The notes below the pieces were generated by a model. That model searched no databases, had not been told where the DNA came from, and saw only the letters and a program-made list of their open reading frames with translations. Below are positions 10,561 to 23,080 of a stretch of DNA of 64,000 nt, in pieces. Origin of the DNA: Eutreptiella sp. 'Long Island Sound 2002' (lineage: Eukaryota; Protista; Euglenida). Both the position numbers and the translations under genes were made by a program. Location of the stretch: assembly GCA_964036045.1 (NCBI GenBank), contig OZ038378.1, positions 160,766,001 through 160,830,000 of the forward strand. The letters are read 5' to 3'. Every line of letters starts with the position of its first letter. Positions within the stretch are counted from its first letter, which is position 1.

Positions 10561-13003
10561 TCTGCATGCACTGGGGGTATCAAAGGGCATCTGGCAGCCA
10601 TCCGTGCTTTGCAGGGGGACTGCCTTGCCACTTCTGTAGCACTCCCCCCCTTATTTTGTCTTCCCCAGCAGGGTGCTCACAGGGATAAGAGTTGCAGGTT
10701 TGACGTCAGAATGAGTGTCAACAAGTACTTCTTCCTGCAGGGTGCTAACTGTTGCAAGCACCCCACTGCTTGACCTAACCCAGTCGCCCCTTTTCGGCTC
10801 TTTTTATCTACCTACTGTAGGTTTACGCGCCGTGGCCGCCCTGTGTTGTCTCGTGCCCGGCGATGAGTGGCCACAGTCTCACATGAGGGGCTCTGACCTC
10901 TAATGCCAATGCTCCCCCATACCACCCAGCTGAGCGTTGCCAGCGGAGGCAGAACATGCCGAGGGATATCCCAAACACCATTTTCTTTTTGAGCATTTAA
11001 ATGTGTGCCAGTTTATGCCCCCCAGTACTCTTGTCTCCCTTTGTCCACCTGTCGCCCCGACGCCATGTAAGCACATGGACCGATAACATAGCCGCACCTG
11101 CCATTTGTAAATAAATTCCACGCCTCTCGGGCCACTACTTGTGGAAACCCACTCAACGCCATGGAGGTCTGAGATGAGGGAAGGCATGGGAAGGGATTCG
11201 AACAACTGCTTTTGAGAAATTTTGAGAAGGATGAGACAAGTCCTCCTCCTTACTGACAGGGGAACTTCATGAGGGGCTCAGCTCATTGGACAAGGGCCTG
11301 AAGAGAATAGTTTCCAATCTCCATCGTGAGCACATCAAATCTCCACAGATTCGTTTGTGTGGCACTGTACCTCGGTAGTATTTGCCCATTCATGGAGCAA
11401 TAATGTGCCACCCCCCCTTGCGCAGCCTACACGTTGTCCAACAACATTACGTGTTCCGTGGTCCCATTTTTTGGTTGGAATAGAAATGGATTTTTTGCTG
11501 TGGATTGGTTTGATTTGCTAATACTGGGACTGGGACTGGGGGTTCTTTTGTTTGCAGTACCTTTCGACTATCTGTGGTATGCGACACCATTCGATGCAAT
11601 GTCACTAGCATGTGCCCTATGGGGTCATGCACAAACAACGGCATTCTGCAAACAATCTTGGGTTTTGTTTACGCAACTTTTAGTGCCTTTGCTGCTGTCC
11701 GCTGTTTGTGCAAGGGGAAGTTCTAGAACCCAAGGACCTGGCGGGTCCCCGAGTCCTCAGCACAGTGTGGTACATCAATGGAGTGTATGCAAGGCTAGAA
11801 GGCCCTTTTCCACATGCGCGGGTTTTCTTCATTACTTTCCCCACAAGAAGCATTGAAACCGGTACCCCCCCTGGAGACTCCCTTGTTCTGTTCTACTACT
11901 CACTGAGTTGCGCAAATCGGATGTTTCTTTCAGGCACATCACTTGGGCTCTCATTTTGGAAGGGAGGCTATACGTTACTGTTGGGAGCATGGTGTGTGTG
12001 AGCCTCTATTTGGGGAAATGTTTTGTCGAAACTAAGGAGCCACAGAGAAAAGCATGTGGTCTTTGCGCAAATAAATCATAATGTGAACCGGCGTTGGTTG
12101 GCCAAGCTGCTGGATCAAGTAGTTGTCATGTTTGGGGCCATACCAAATGACACACAAGCATCAAAGTGTTGTTGAAAAGTGTTGTCTTGTTACACTGAAC
12201 CGAGGGATCACGATGAATCTCCACTGCTGGCAAGCAAAATGACAAAGAGAAAATGCAAGATGCATCGGGTGTATTGGCTGTAAGTTGGTCCATGCCTTAC
12301 TGGGCAGGTTAACGCTGAACTTAGCATCCCTACGCTAAATGCATGCTGCACAATGCAACACCTTGTAATGGACAGATCAAACCTCGTTTGTGCAAAGCAG
12401 CCTCCGCACTCACCCACGGTGGACGAGCAAGCTCGCTTTCCACTATCCATCATTCATCGCATGCTTACCGTTGACGGCACTGGCAAGCCATGTTTGTATG
12501 TGCCATATGAGACAGAGTTCAGAAGAAAACAAGCCACACAAACAGTAGGTGTCTGCGGGCTTCGTCGGCACCCTAGTCATACTCTTCCCTACCCTTTGCA
12601 CAGCCTGCCCTCCACCTCCAGAGGTTGTCTGGCCTGCTCCTCTGGGATGATGAGGTCGAGAATGGTGTGCTGCATACAGCCACACTGATACCCAGAATTC
12701 AGCCATGACAGTTTTGATGCGCTGTGGATCACTGCTCATGTGTCCTTCAGCTGGCTGTCCGCTGGGAAACACCCAAATTGATTGCCTAAGCCCCTCTGTG
12801 TGCATGCATGCAGCAATCCATGCATTCAAGGAGTGGACATGCAGCTCGGAATACTCGTAGCAGAAGCGTGGGAGCAGAGGCAAAATAATGCCCCCCCCCC
12901 CCCCTGAGCTCTTTGGCATGACATTCACATAAAGTTGGGGGTGCTGATGCAGTGCGAATGCAGTTCAACCTGCACCCCATTTCCCAAGCCATTCTTCCAC
13001 TGG

Positions 13004-13078
13004 CACTTCTACTGCTCCCACATTTCTGCTCCTCCCACATTTCTGCTCCTCCCACACTTCTGCTGCTCCCACACTTCC
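13004..13078. repeat. 17-bp minisatellite x4.4 (CAYTTCTGCTSCTCCCA)
   Basis: Units at 13004, 13021, 13038 and 13055, partial at 13072. Confidence 0.9.
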
Positions 13079-15099
13079 AGTCTTTTGTGCAAATCCATTT
13101 GGATACCCTTGCACCCCTTTGTCATCCCCCACCCAGCGTGCAACAGACCCACAGGCGGGGGGTGGGGGACTGTCACCTATGAGTCCTTGTTTTTGGCGTG
13201 GGGGAGGGCTTCGTGTTACTGCCTTCCGCTGGAATGCCCACCATTCAGCGGCATTCCATTGGACATGATACCTTAGAACCCTCTAGAATTATTCCTTCTT
13301 CTTCTGGTCGTACCCACTGTACTGCGATTTGAAGCACCGGATTGCTGTATTAAACAGAACAGAGAGCACATGTGGAACACTGGAGGCCCCCCCCAGGACT
13401 CTGTAGCGACGCTGAGGATCACAGTTTGTAGCGGGGCAAAGGGTCAGGCACATTTGAGGAGACTGTCCGGTTCTAGGTGTTTTTCAAGTGAGTCTTGAGA
13501 TCCACCATGCTTTGAGCTGCCCCCATTGCAGTGTCAGCAATTCGTGAACACCACTGGGGTTTAAAGTGCTGTGTCACAAGAGGATCCAGAAAATCAAAGC
13601 AAATGAAATGTGTATCAACAAGACAGTCAAGAAAATGAACACAGCTTGGAAGACAAAGATCAAATGGCGCCAGCAATGATAAGCACTTCCAAATTTCTGG
13701 ACCTTTGACCAATGTAGCAGGTAATGCACATCCCATAGTTGCCTTTTTGTGACACACATTCCTCTCGTTTGCTGCATAAGTGTGGGAAAGGGAGGAAAGG
13801 GTGGATAGGGAAGATAGGCAAACCATACCAAGTTGGGCCTCACACACCTAGCAGTGTACATGATGGTGCAAGGGTGGCTTACCACGTGACACGTCTCTAT
13901 CCAAAGACTGCTTTAGTCACACGGCCAACGCTTCTGCGTTGTTTTCGTGCAAGATCATGATCAATGCGCTGGGTGTTTGCATTAGGATTGTAACAAGCTG
14001 GTTGGATGGGAGAGTAGAGCCTTTTCAAACCCCGTTGAATTTGGGACCTCACACAGGAGACCAATGTGCTGAAGCTGCAACCCACTCTCTCAATAGTGAG
14101 GGGGAATCACTAGTCACTGGTGAGCATACGATGAATGCGATCCACAGTGGGAAGCAGTTGATTAAGTGGGCAGATGCCTACGATGTTGTCAACGTACCTG
14201 CATAGTTTTGTGTGGGGTGGTGGGCGACTGTCTTAGTTCGTGGCCGACACGTCCATAACAATAACACCTGCGTGGACTGCTGAAAAGGCATACTGATGGT
14301 GGTAGATGGGCACTCATGGAGCGACACAAAATCAGAATTGAAGAGCAATAATTCTGGCAAATGTTGCAAAGCAGCCCAGCAAAAATATTGGGAAGACAAT
14401 TGAAGTATTGATGCACAAAATACGTGACAGATCCGGAATGCAGGACCATGACAATGAAGACAAAAGGTTGAAGAAGCTCAAAAATCAGAAATCAGACAGC
14501 GAAAAATCAAAACAGCTTTTTTTTGGTATCACAGCACATGGCACACCGCACCCAAGTATCTCGGCATATCAAGGTACACCATCTTCCCATGTCATGTAGA
14601 CTTAAGCATGGCAGCACCTTGGGCCACCCACAGATCCACTTGTTGCATAGAAAAACACCCAACCACTCCACATAGTCGGGAGAAGTATATGTCTGAGTAT
14701 AACCCTAACATTACGAACAATCCCTCCCCCATGCTCCACGGTAACACCCTGTCTATGCAAGTCCCAACCCTGAAAGGAGTTGTCATCTACATGCTACCAA
14801 TGTGGCTTCCACCCAAACCTATTGAACTACAAATCGTTCTCAATGTTAAGCGAACTCTTTACCAAGCGGCCCTAGGGGAGGCCCTAAACCATTTTATTTC
14901 CAAGTATTCCTTTGTTGCACATAGGCACACACATATATATGGTATATATGCACCCCCCCCCCCCCCATCAGACCCCCCCCATATGGGACCAAAGGCCCCT
15001 AGTATGCAAGAATATGCACATTTGACACCAAGTGCCACTCTGTTTACCCCTGCACCACACCCGTTTACCCATGGACCATAAGAATTGTGTCTTGTAGTC

Positions 15100-15410
15100 T
15101 ATAGACACTGTTTGCCCCAAGTACATGCGGTTTGCTAATTGTAGACACTGTTGGCATGTTGTAGACGCGACATGACAGTATTTGGGAAGAGGGCCGAAGG
15201 CCCCCTTCCCCCAAAACGGTCTGCTAATGTCGTTTACCCGTGCACACAGGCGTGCTAGTTTGTGGACACTGTCTGCCCCAAGTAGACACTGTCGGCTAAT
15301 TGTAGGCACTGTCTACATGTCATAGACACAAAATGACAATGTTCGGGCCTGATTTGGCATCCCTTCCCCCCAAAATGGGCCACTAACGCCGTTTACACGT
15401 GCAAGAATAA
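15100..15410. repeat. Diverged ~161-bp tandem duplication
   Basis: GACACTGTYTGCCCCAAGT at ~15104 and ~15265, each followed by GCTAATTGTAG, CCTTCCCC.AAAA.GG and CGTTTAC.CGTGCA. Confidence 0.7.
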
Positions 15411-16621
15411 TCACTCTTAAGGTGCGAAGTGCCAAAGGCACCGATATGGGTTCCGGGCCCTGGGGGGGGGGGGCTAGAGTGTGTATATGCCATATATGTA
15501 TGTGGCAATAATACATTTTTGCCCCCACCCCCACCCTACACCCCACGACCGGGTGGGATTTGGGTGGGGAGTAGGGACGCCCCCCTCCCCTGTTTTGAGG
15601 GTAGGATGCTAAAAAAAAAACAACTTGTAGAATGTATTTAGAGGGGTGGGGTTGGGCATCAGGGCCCAACAAGGGGTAGGAAGGGCTAAAAATAGGGTAT
15701 GACATCACTGATCCTAATCAAAGTACCAAACATGGCCATTTCTCCTCAAAAATACCCATTTGTGGCCCCATCTACACCCTTACAACAGAAAATTTGACTA
15801 CTTGGTGTGTTGTCCTTCAGGTGCCCATTCCCACGAGGCAATTTTATTGTATCTTTTCATGTGTGTGTGTGTGTGTGTGTGTGTTCACAAAAGGGATGTG
15901 CTTAGCCACAAGGGGGGGCAGGCAACCATTGCAGCGTCTCGCGCTTCCTTTGGCCATACTGCCCCACACCTGCTCACCTCAGCCTGTCTGGGCTGAGGTG
16001 CCCCGGCCCAGGTCCAAGCTGTCGTGCATGCTCTAAACGGTACATCCATTGTTGGGCCAAGGGAGGGAGCAGGCCAGTCATTGCAGGCCTCATGGTGTTG
16101 CTATGGGGAGGGTTGTCCCTCCCAAGTGTCTAATTTGTTTTCGGACAGGGCACTCATGCCACCAAAGACGTGCAGTAGACAATCTCTCTGTCTGCTCGCA
16201 GGCTGTGCAGTGCTTTTTCTGTCCCTCACGCTGGCGCACTCGCCACTTGGCGCTCTGCTGCCCCGCCGCCCCGGAACCCACGCCTACATTCCCCTACAAC
16301 TGGTGGCACCACACCGCCTGTGGATGGGCCAGACCATCACGAGGGCCCAGCCTCTGCACACGGGCTACACCCGCCTCAGCCCCTCGTAATTTTGCTGGGG
16401 CTGCGGGGCATGCGGTGCCCTCATCCGATGAGGCCTATGACAACGGCAAGCCCTCTGTCGCAAGCACTTCGACATCACAGGCCTATGGCGCGGGCTCCTT
16501 CAAGTGGACGGGACTGATGAGGTTGGCAACTATGGGTTCAGGTGTAATGTGGCAGCGCCTCCACGGCCACACGGCCGCAGGGCACTCCTCCAGCGTGCAC
16601 GCCGCGCCGCACAGGCACTAC

Positions 16622-16900
16622 ATGGCCATGGCTGCCGCGACCGGCGAAGCAACGCCGCTCACGCACCTGAACGCGGCGCAGGTCCAGGCCCTCGACGAGC
16701 TCATGGGCGAGCGTGGCTTCTCCATCGACTGCCTCATGGAGTTGGCAGGACTGAGCGTGGCCTGTGCTGTCCAGAAGGAGTACGTCCTCATCATCTGCGG
16801 CCCTGGTAATAATGGCGGCGATGGCCTCGTGGCGGCGCGCCATCTGGCGCATTTCGGGTTCGAGGTGCTGCCTGAGCCCCAAGCCCCATTCACTGCCTGA
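16622..16900 (+). pseudogene. NAXE: NAD(P)H-hydrate epimerase (YjeF N-terminal / APOA1BP) pseudogene fragment, intronless
   Basis: [52 protein letters not shown] contains the LMELAG and [10 protein letters not shown] family signatures. Short deletions relative to the family as I recall it, and premature TGA at 16898-16900. High GC3 island in lower-GC surroundings. Confidence 0.85.
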
Positions 16901-19310
16901 CCGTGGGCCCCAGCCTGTGATCCCCTGGAAGTGCTCAGGGGATGAGCACGGGGGGATGACTCGTGATAGACGCAGTATTTTTTTTCGGGGGGGGCTCTCG
17001 GCTGAGGTAGGGCTGGGGTTGACAGTCAGGGCCCAGTACAAAGGTCAGTGACGCTTGATTGGCGGTCTCATTGGGGGCTGTTTGTGAGGAGCGACCTGAG
17101 TGCAGTATCTCGCCCCTTCGCTCGAAGCTTTGCTGCGCTGCAGCGCAATGACCCCTTGTGCTGTCGTCGCACAAGAGGACTTGGTAGAGCACAGCGCCAT
17201 CTCACGGCACAGTGGAGAAAAGCGCAGGGATGTCAGGACACGGCAGGCAGCAGTCCAAGGAGAGCGCATGGCGGTGCGGAGCCCCGTATCAGCGCATGGC
17301 ATATTGTGACTCCATGTCCTGACATGACAGTCCACAGCCCGATATCGGGGTAGAGTATTGCATTGTCAAAAGTCAGCTATAACGAGCCCGAGCCTTCTGA
17401 CGGGAAAAACAATGATTTAGCTATCATGGCATGCGGCCCAAGAACAGCAGAATTGAGCAACCCCCTCCTCTCTCCTACCGACACATACAGTTCAATGATC
17501 TGAGGCCATGCTATTCAAAGGCAATCTGAGGCCATGCCATTCAAAGGCAAAGAATGTCGGTACCAGACACGAGCATATGGCTTGCTGCAGACCAACTGGA
17601 CCTCGCAGTTTGACCATTGATTTGCTGCATGGCCCACGCACGCTCTCTCGAAGCTCGTGGCGCACAGCCCAACGTTGCAGCAAAGTGCAGTTTGTTCCAG
17701 CATTTTCAGCCTCAAGGCATTGCGTGGAAACCTAAGCGATTGCCACGACCCTGTTGTAAGTCTAGGGGTATTGCAGATTTACTGTCTTGGTGCATATACA
17801 GCCCCATCTGAGTTGAATCGCACTCCTGGGATTTCTTGCACCAGCGCAGGCTTGTGGGAGGGTGGTGGGGTCGTTGGCTAAATGGTCACTGGGGCCTGCG
17901 GGAGGGGGAGGCTACCTGGCGCTGCTCTTCGTTGGTGCCCAATGGAGGATGCCCCTGCGCCAGATTGAGCGGGGACTGCCCCATTGCTCCCACACACCCT
18001 ACCGTCGGGCTGTGCATGATATCAGGAGGTGTCCTCTAAATGCCCCAGGACAGGACAGGTCAGACAAGGCGCGCTGATCAGCTGACACCTGTGATCCTCA
18101 GCCGCTGGCCACCAGGCAATGCTGCGTTTTTCATAAGTAACAACAGCCTGAATCATGACAATAAATTCTGTTAGCCCGTGCCCTGCACCAGCACGCAGCA
18201 ACTCTGTTGTACCATTCTGCATGGACAGCCTGTACAGGATGACTTTGGAAGAACTCGCGTGGCTGTCCTTTCATTCCCCACAGGCGTGGGGCTTTGACAC
18301 TTGCGGGTGGGTGGGCGGGTTCCCAGCGCTGTGAGCGCCTTCACAAACAAGACAACAGACTGAGGGGATGGCAGGGAGGGCTAGATCGGGGCTCCATTGT
18401 TACAAACAAAATCGCAAGTGTTCAGGGTATCCAAACGAATTGGTTGTGCTTGGGTCAGGGGATGGTTTGGACAAGGAGAGCGGGGGGGGGGTAATGACCA
18501 GCCTCAGGCTGACTGGCTGACTGGCCCGACAAATGGATTGCATCGGGCGAAGGTTGCCACGTAGGCTCTGCACTTACCAAGACCTGGAATGGTGTCTCCC
18601 TTCGGGGGGGGGGGGGGGGATGGGATGGGAGTGTGTCCAACACCTGCCAGGCACGCAGCCAGACCGACCCTTTGCGTCGGTGGCCCGTGTCGCAGGCTGC
18701 ACTTGACTCGGAGCGACTCAAACCACCACAGACCCAGTCCGCGACCGGCGCAGTGAAGTTTCCATACACGATGCCCATACAGCTCACCTGCATACACAAC
18801 CATGTTAATTCATGGTCCTGACCGGGGGCGCTGGGGGCCCTACGCAAGGCAGTCAGTGGAGTATCTGCGCTCACCCGCAAGCAGTGGCAGCCACCGCAGG
18901 TCCCACAACGTGCCACAGTGTCGAAGACACACGGGCAGCGGTGCACAGTCTGAGACATGATGCACGAGGTCAGGGCCGAGCCACTGGACCACAGGACCAG
19001 GTCTGCAGGTATTGAGACTGGTGAGGCTTGCCAGAGGACATCACACTCACCGCGGCTCCCGGGCCTCGGGGGGATCCAGATCCTCAGCCCACCCCATTGG
19101 TGAGTCCTCTGTCAATCGTACACGTGGTGCTGTAGTCTGTACTACAGGTCCGACTCAGGCGATGTCACTCAACACAACCTCCTCTCTTCTGTCTGACCCC
19201 ATCCCCAGGGATGCGCTTCAGGAGAAACGGGCCCAAAGGGGGTTCAGTTGCAAAGGCAAGTACAGGCGGTTTGAACAGTGGTTGGGACACAAATGTCTGG
19301 CGTAAATGTC

Positions 19311-21660
19311 TTAGCAAGTGCAATTGACAGCATTTTTGCGTTCCCCAGTTGTACACCAGCAAGTGTGCTCGGCTGGTCACCTGTAGCCATCAGTTGTATT
19401 AGGTGAGTGCATGCCCCTTCGTGGCTCTGCGCATTCGGTATGGGTGTGGATAGCAGCACCCGCTTGCCTTTTCTGAAAAAGGCAAGGGAGCCCTTTCAGG
19501 ATTTGTCAGCGTGTGGGAGAAAGTCAGAGAGGGGCATCCATTTTTTCAACTGTGTTGGCTGGTCGAGGGTCGGTGTTGGCGATGGCGTCAGCATACTTAT
19601 GACTGAATAGCCACATCCTGTCCTACCCCAAGTAACGCACTTCTACCGTCGGGTATGAAGGCAGCTGCCGCCATGTAGTAGCGAGAATCCCTGTAGCTCC
19701 TCAGCATTGTGACTGTTTGGACATCCCACAAGAAGGCGAACCGGCCTTCGTGAGTGGCGAGGGCCGAAGCCCCGTCAGGCGAAATGGCAATGTATATCGG
19801 AGGGAGCCAGCCTCAAGGTTTTGGTCTGCATGGTCTTTTGCTGAACTTTCGACCACCTTATCACCCCACCCCAAAAAACAAATTTCTGCCACCTCGGTTC
19901 CATATTTTACAACAGCCATTTAATGATCCGGCCTCTTTTTCACAACCCCCGCCCCCTCCGTCTTCGAATTGCCTTCGGGTTCTGTTTGAAGAGACAGACA
20001 GAGACAGAGATTGCGTGTGTGTGTGTGTGTGTGTGTGTGGGTGTGGGTGGGTGTGGGTGTTTGTACTAAAACTGAACTTTTTGAACTGCTTTGCTCTGGT
20101 GTGGTATTCCCCCACCCCTCACTACCCCACCCTGCTTCAGAGTACCAGTCTACTGCGCTCAGGGAATTCAAACACTTTGCCCAAACCCTCATGCGACACC
20201 GGCGATGGGATATGGAGTTAGGGAGTCGATTCCTCCAGTATGATCAATGCACGGAAGCCTCTCTTCTGCGGCATTTTCACAAGCGCGTGCGACAGTGTTA
20301 CACAAACCTACACACTTCCATTGCTACTTCGCGTCGCCGCATCATCCTTTGGAGGCGCCAGGGGACTTTTCTTCTTGACTATTACGACACACTGATGGAA
20401 ACGTGTAAGATAAAGAAAGAAAACTTGTGGGTTCAATCCCTGCGTACTTTGAGGCATTGGTCGATGCAGCAACTTACCAAAGTCGCCACTCATCTTTTGA
20501 GGGAAAACTGGTCTATTGTGGAGGATCTTTTCCGAGCTCCTGCAGCCACCATGCATCACCTCCAAAAGCGTTCACTGCCCTGTACCTCGGAATACTCCAA
20601 CCCAAAAAGGGTCCGCATGCCCCGCATTCCCCAAACCTCCTCAGAGTCAGAGTTGCGATGACAGTCCTTGACACTTGATCCTTTCATTTGTCGGTGGTGT
20701 CAGCTGCACGCCAGTTAATATTTTTTCCACCAACCAATGACAGGTTGGCCCTCCTGTGGCTTCGTCCCCCTTTCTATCTTTTCCCCCACAGGTGTGGAAA
20801 GTCACCCCCCAGCGCGCCGTAACCCCGCTTGTGTTTTAGCTTTCTCCCCAGTCCTTTTCTGTGTGCCACCGTCCCCACTCACCCTAAACTGGAATTGGGG
20901 CAACAGTGTCCTTAGCCCCGTAGTGAACAGTTACCAGCTATGCCTGAATGTCGTCTCCCCCTTCTTCTCTGGAACTGATATTGTATGCACTGCAACCCGC
21001 TGATTCATTTCAGCCTTCAGTCCTCACATCGCTGTTTTGTTTTCAGCCTACAGTCATTGTGCCTCATGCACACTGGGAAGCCTACGGGCGTGGCAGTCTC
21101 CCACTGCATAACCTGGTTTCAGACTCAGCTACTCCTCACTACATGCCAGATCCGTTACCACAGTCACTTGTGGGATCATCGTAGCACCGGACAGCTCTGA
21201 ACCTTGATTCCGGGACGTTGTCTCGAGTACCAGATGATGAACAGGGTACGCCAGCTCATCTTGCTCTGGACCAAAAAAAAAAACTGCTTTGCTCTGGTGT
21301 GGTATTCCGTGGAGCTCCGAAGCGAGCCTTCAAAAAGGCAAGCTCAGCAAGTGCAATTGACAGCATTTTTGCGTTCCCCAGTTGTACACCAGCAAGTGTG
21401 CTGGGCTGGTCACCTGTAGCCATCAGTTGTATTAGGTGAGTGCATGTCCCTTCGTGGCTCTGCACATTCGGTATGGGTGTGGATAGCAGCACCCGCTTGC
21501 CTTTTCTGAAAAAGGGAAGGGAGCCTTTTCAGGATTTGTCAGCGTGTGGGAGAAAGTCTGCATTTTTTCAACTGTGTTGGCTGGTCGAGGGTCGGTGTTG
21601 GCGATGGCGTCAGCATACTTGTGATGACAGTCTGAATAGCCACATCCTGTCCTACCCCAT
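19311..21660. repeat. Tandem array 2 of the same WD40-module/(GT)n unit, interrupted by a retro-insertion
   Basis: Near-identical to 9151-10560; anchors at 19566 and 21588. The unit resumes at 21282 exactly where it was broken at 20110. Confidence 0.9.
20084..21308 (+). mobile_element. 1.17-kb poly(A)-tailed retro-insertion (5'-truncated non-LTR element or retrocopy) with 27-bp TSD
   Basis: AACTGCTTTGCTCTGGTGTGGTATTCC at 20084-20110 and 21282-21308; A11 at 21273-21283. The uninterrupted copy at ~9698 has the sequence once. The insert carries an ~180-codon stop-free frame (20111-20661) and a 620-nt 3' UTR. Confidence 0.85.
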
Positions 21661-21698
21661 CCCGTGGGTTCCACCCATTTTTTGACCCGGAAATCATT

Positions 21699-21837
21699 AA
21701 TCACCTTGCAGGGGTTGTTAGATCAAAGCAATGCAGGCCCGCATGTATGGGAAAACGCCACATACCCCCATTACGGCCCATTCGCATACCCTAGCTCAAG
21801 GGGTTGAATCGGTGATTTAACCCCTCGTAAGGTGATT
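21699..21837. mobile_element. Tiny MITE-like fold-back element
   Basis: AATCACCTTGCAGGGGTT / AACCCCTCGTAAGGTGATT imperfect inverted ends; internal 12-bp-stem hairpin AGGGGTTGAATC-GGT-GATTTAACCCCT at 21799-21825. No TSD found. Confidence 0.4.
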
Positions 21838-22760
21838 GTTTTATCCACTAAAAGTACCCCCCAATGAGTTTTTGGTCGCGAACCCCCCCCCCCCCCCCTC
21901 CCCACAGACACACCAGAAACCCCCTTTTCAGGGGGATTGGGGGGGAAGGGGGGGGGTAAAAAAATGAGTCCCCCCCCTTTTTTAGAAAGTCATGAATCTT
22001 TCGGTTTCTTTCAATTTTGAGCCAAAGAAGTGCTTTCGGTCCTGACTCCATGGGGTTTGTCTCGGTATAGTGGGATGAACACTTATGCGATTGATGTAGT
22101 TTTCGGCCATTTTGGGGATTGGGGATGTTGTGACAGCATACCCATGCTAGGATACAAAAGGACAATTTTGCACCCTCTAGCCTTGCCTATGGCCAGTCAT
22201 GGCCTGTGTGATCCGGAATCACTGTTTCCACTGGAAATGGCTTGCATGGGTTGGCTGAAAAATGCACTTTGTCTGGCGACCCTTGACGGGCCCTGGGGAC
22301 GCTTGGGCTAAGAGGGGTGATCATTTGGTGACAGTGGAACACAGAAACCCATGGGAAGCCATTCAGCACCCATTAGGCCTTCCCAGTGGTGCATATTGGG
22401 CTCCAAAAGTGCTGTTATAGGCATATCTGCACTGTGGCGAGCAATACTTGGTTGGCCTACAGCTACCACTATGCGTGGATCCAGACCAGCGTCCCACTCT
22501 GCTTCTTTCTTCAATATGAACCCCATAACTAATGGTGGAGGCCCCGAGTTTTATCTCCGGGTACCTCCGACTGCCCCCCCCCCCCTGCCCTGTGGGGCCT
22601 CAACGCGCCTGAGGCCGAATTTGCGAATTCGAATTTGAAGCCCGGATTTGCCCTGAACTTGCCGAATTCGGTTGAACTGCCCTGAGAGTTCTAGTGTGTT
22701 CCGAATTTACGAGTTTGAATTTGAAGCCCAAATTTGCCCCAAATTCGAATTCGCTTTTTT

Positions 22761-23080
22761 ACACAACCTGCTTATGCAGTTTTTCACCCTCCGCAGCTCA
22801 AAAATTGAAATTTTCGAAATGCATTTTAATGTTGTGACCACTCACAATGATCATGCATCCTAGGTAAGCCTTGTTTATGTGTGTTTCACCCTATTTGGGT
22901 ATTGGGTGCCGGGGGAGGTCTCCCCATGGACTGGTGCACAACCTGTTTTTCACCCTGTACAGCTCGAAAATCGAGATTTTCAAGACTCGTTTTTTTGATG
23001 TTATGACCACTCACATCCATGTAAAGCATGTTTTAGGCTTTGTTTATGTGTTTTTGGCCCTATTTGGGCATAGGGTGCCA
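22761..23080. repeat. Diverged ~176-bp tandem duplication
   Basis: CACAACCTG...TTTTTCACCCT...ATGTT.TGACCACTCACA...TTGTTTATGTGT...CCCTATTTGGG...GGGTGCC present twice. Confidence 0.75.

Noticed and set aside
11434-11856. 140-aa hydrophobic ORF resembling a membrane protein
   Set aside because: Hydrophobicity follows from a T-rich strand; no family motif, splice logic or codon bias.
10600-14600. Fragmentary frames with scattered Cys/His/Trp clusters; similar ones at 17000-19300, 23250-24350 and 33600-35170
   Set aside because: Probably old TE remnants, but multiple stops in all frames and no diagnostic motif.
9557-20221. MCVCVCV / THTHTH ORFs and the LSLSLS ORF near 1300
   Set aside because: Microsatellite translations.
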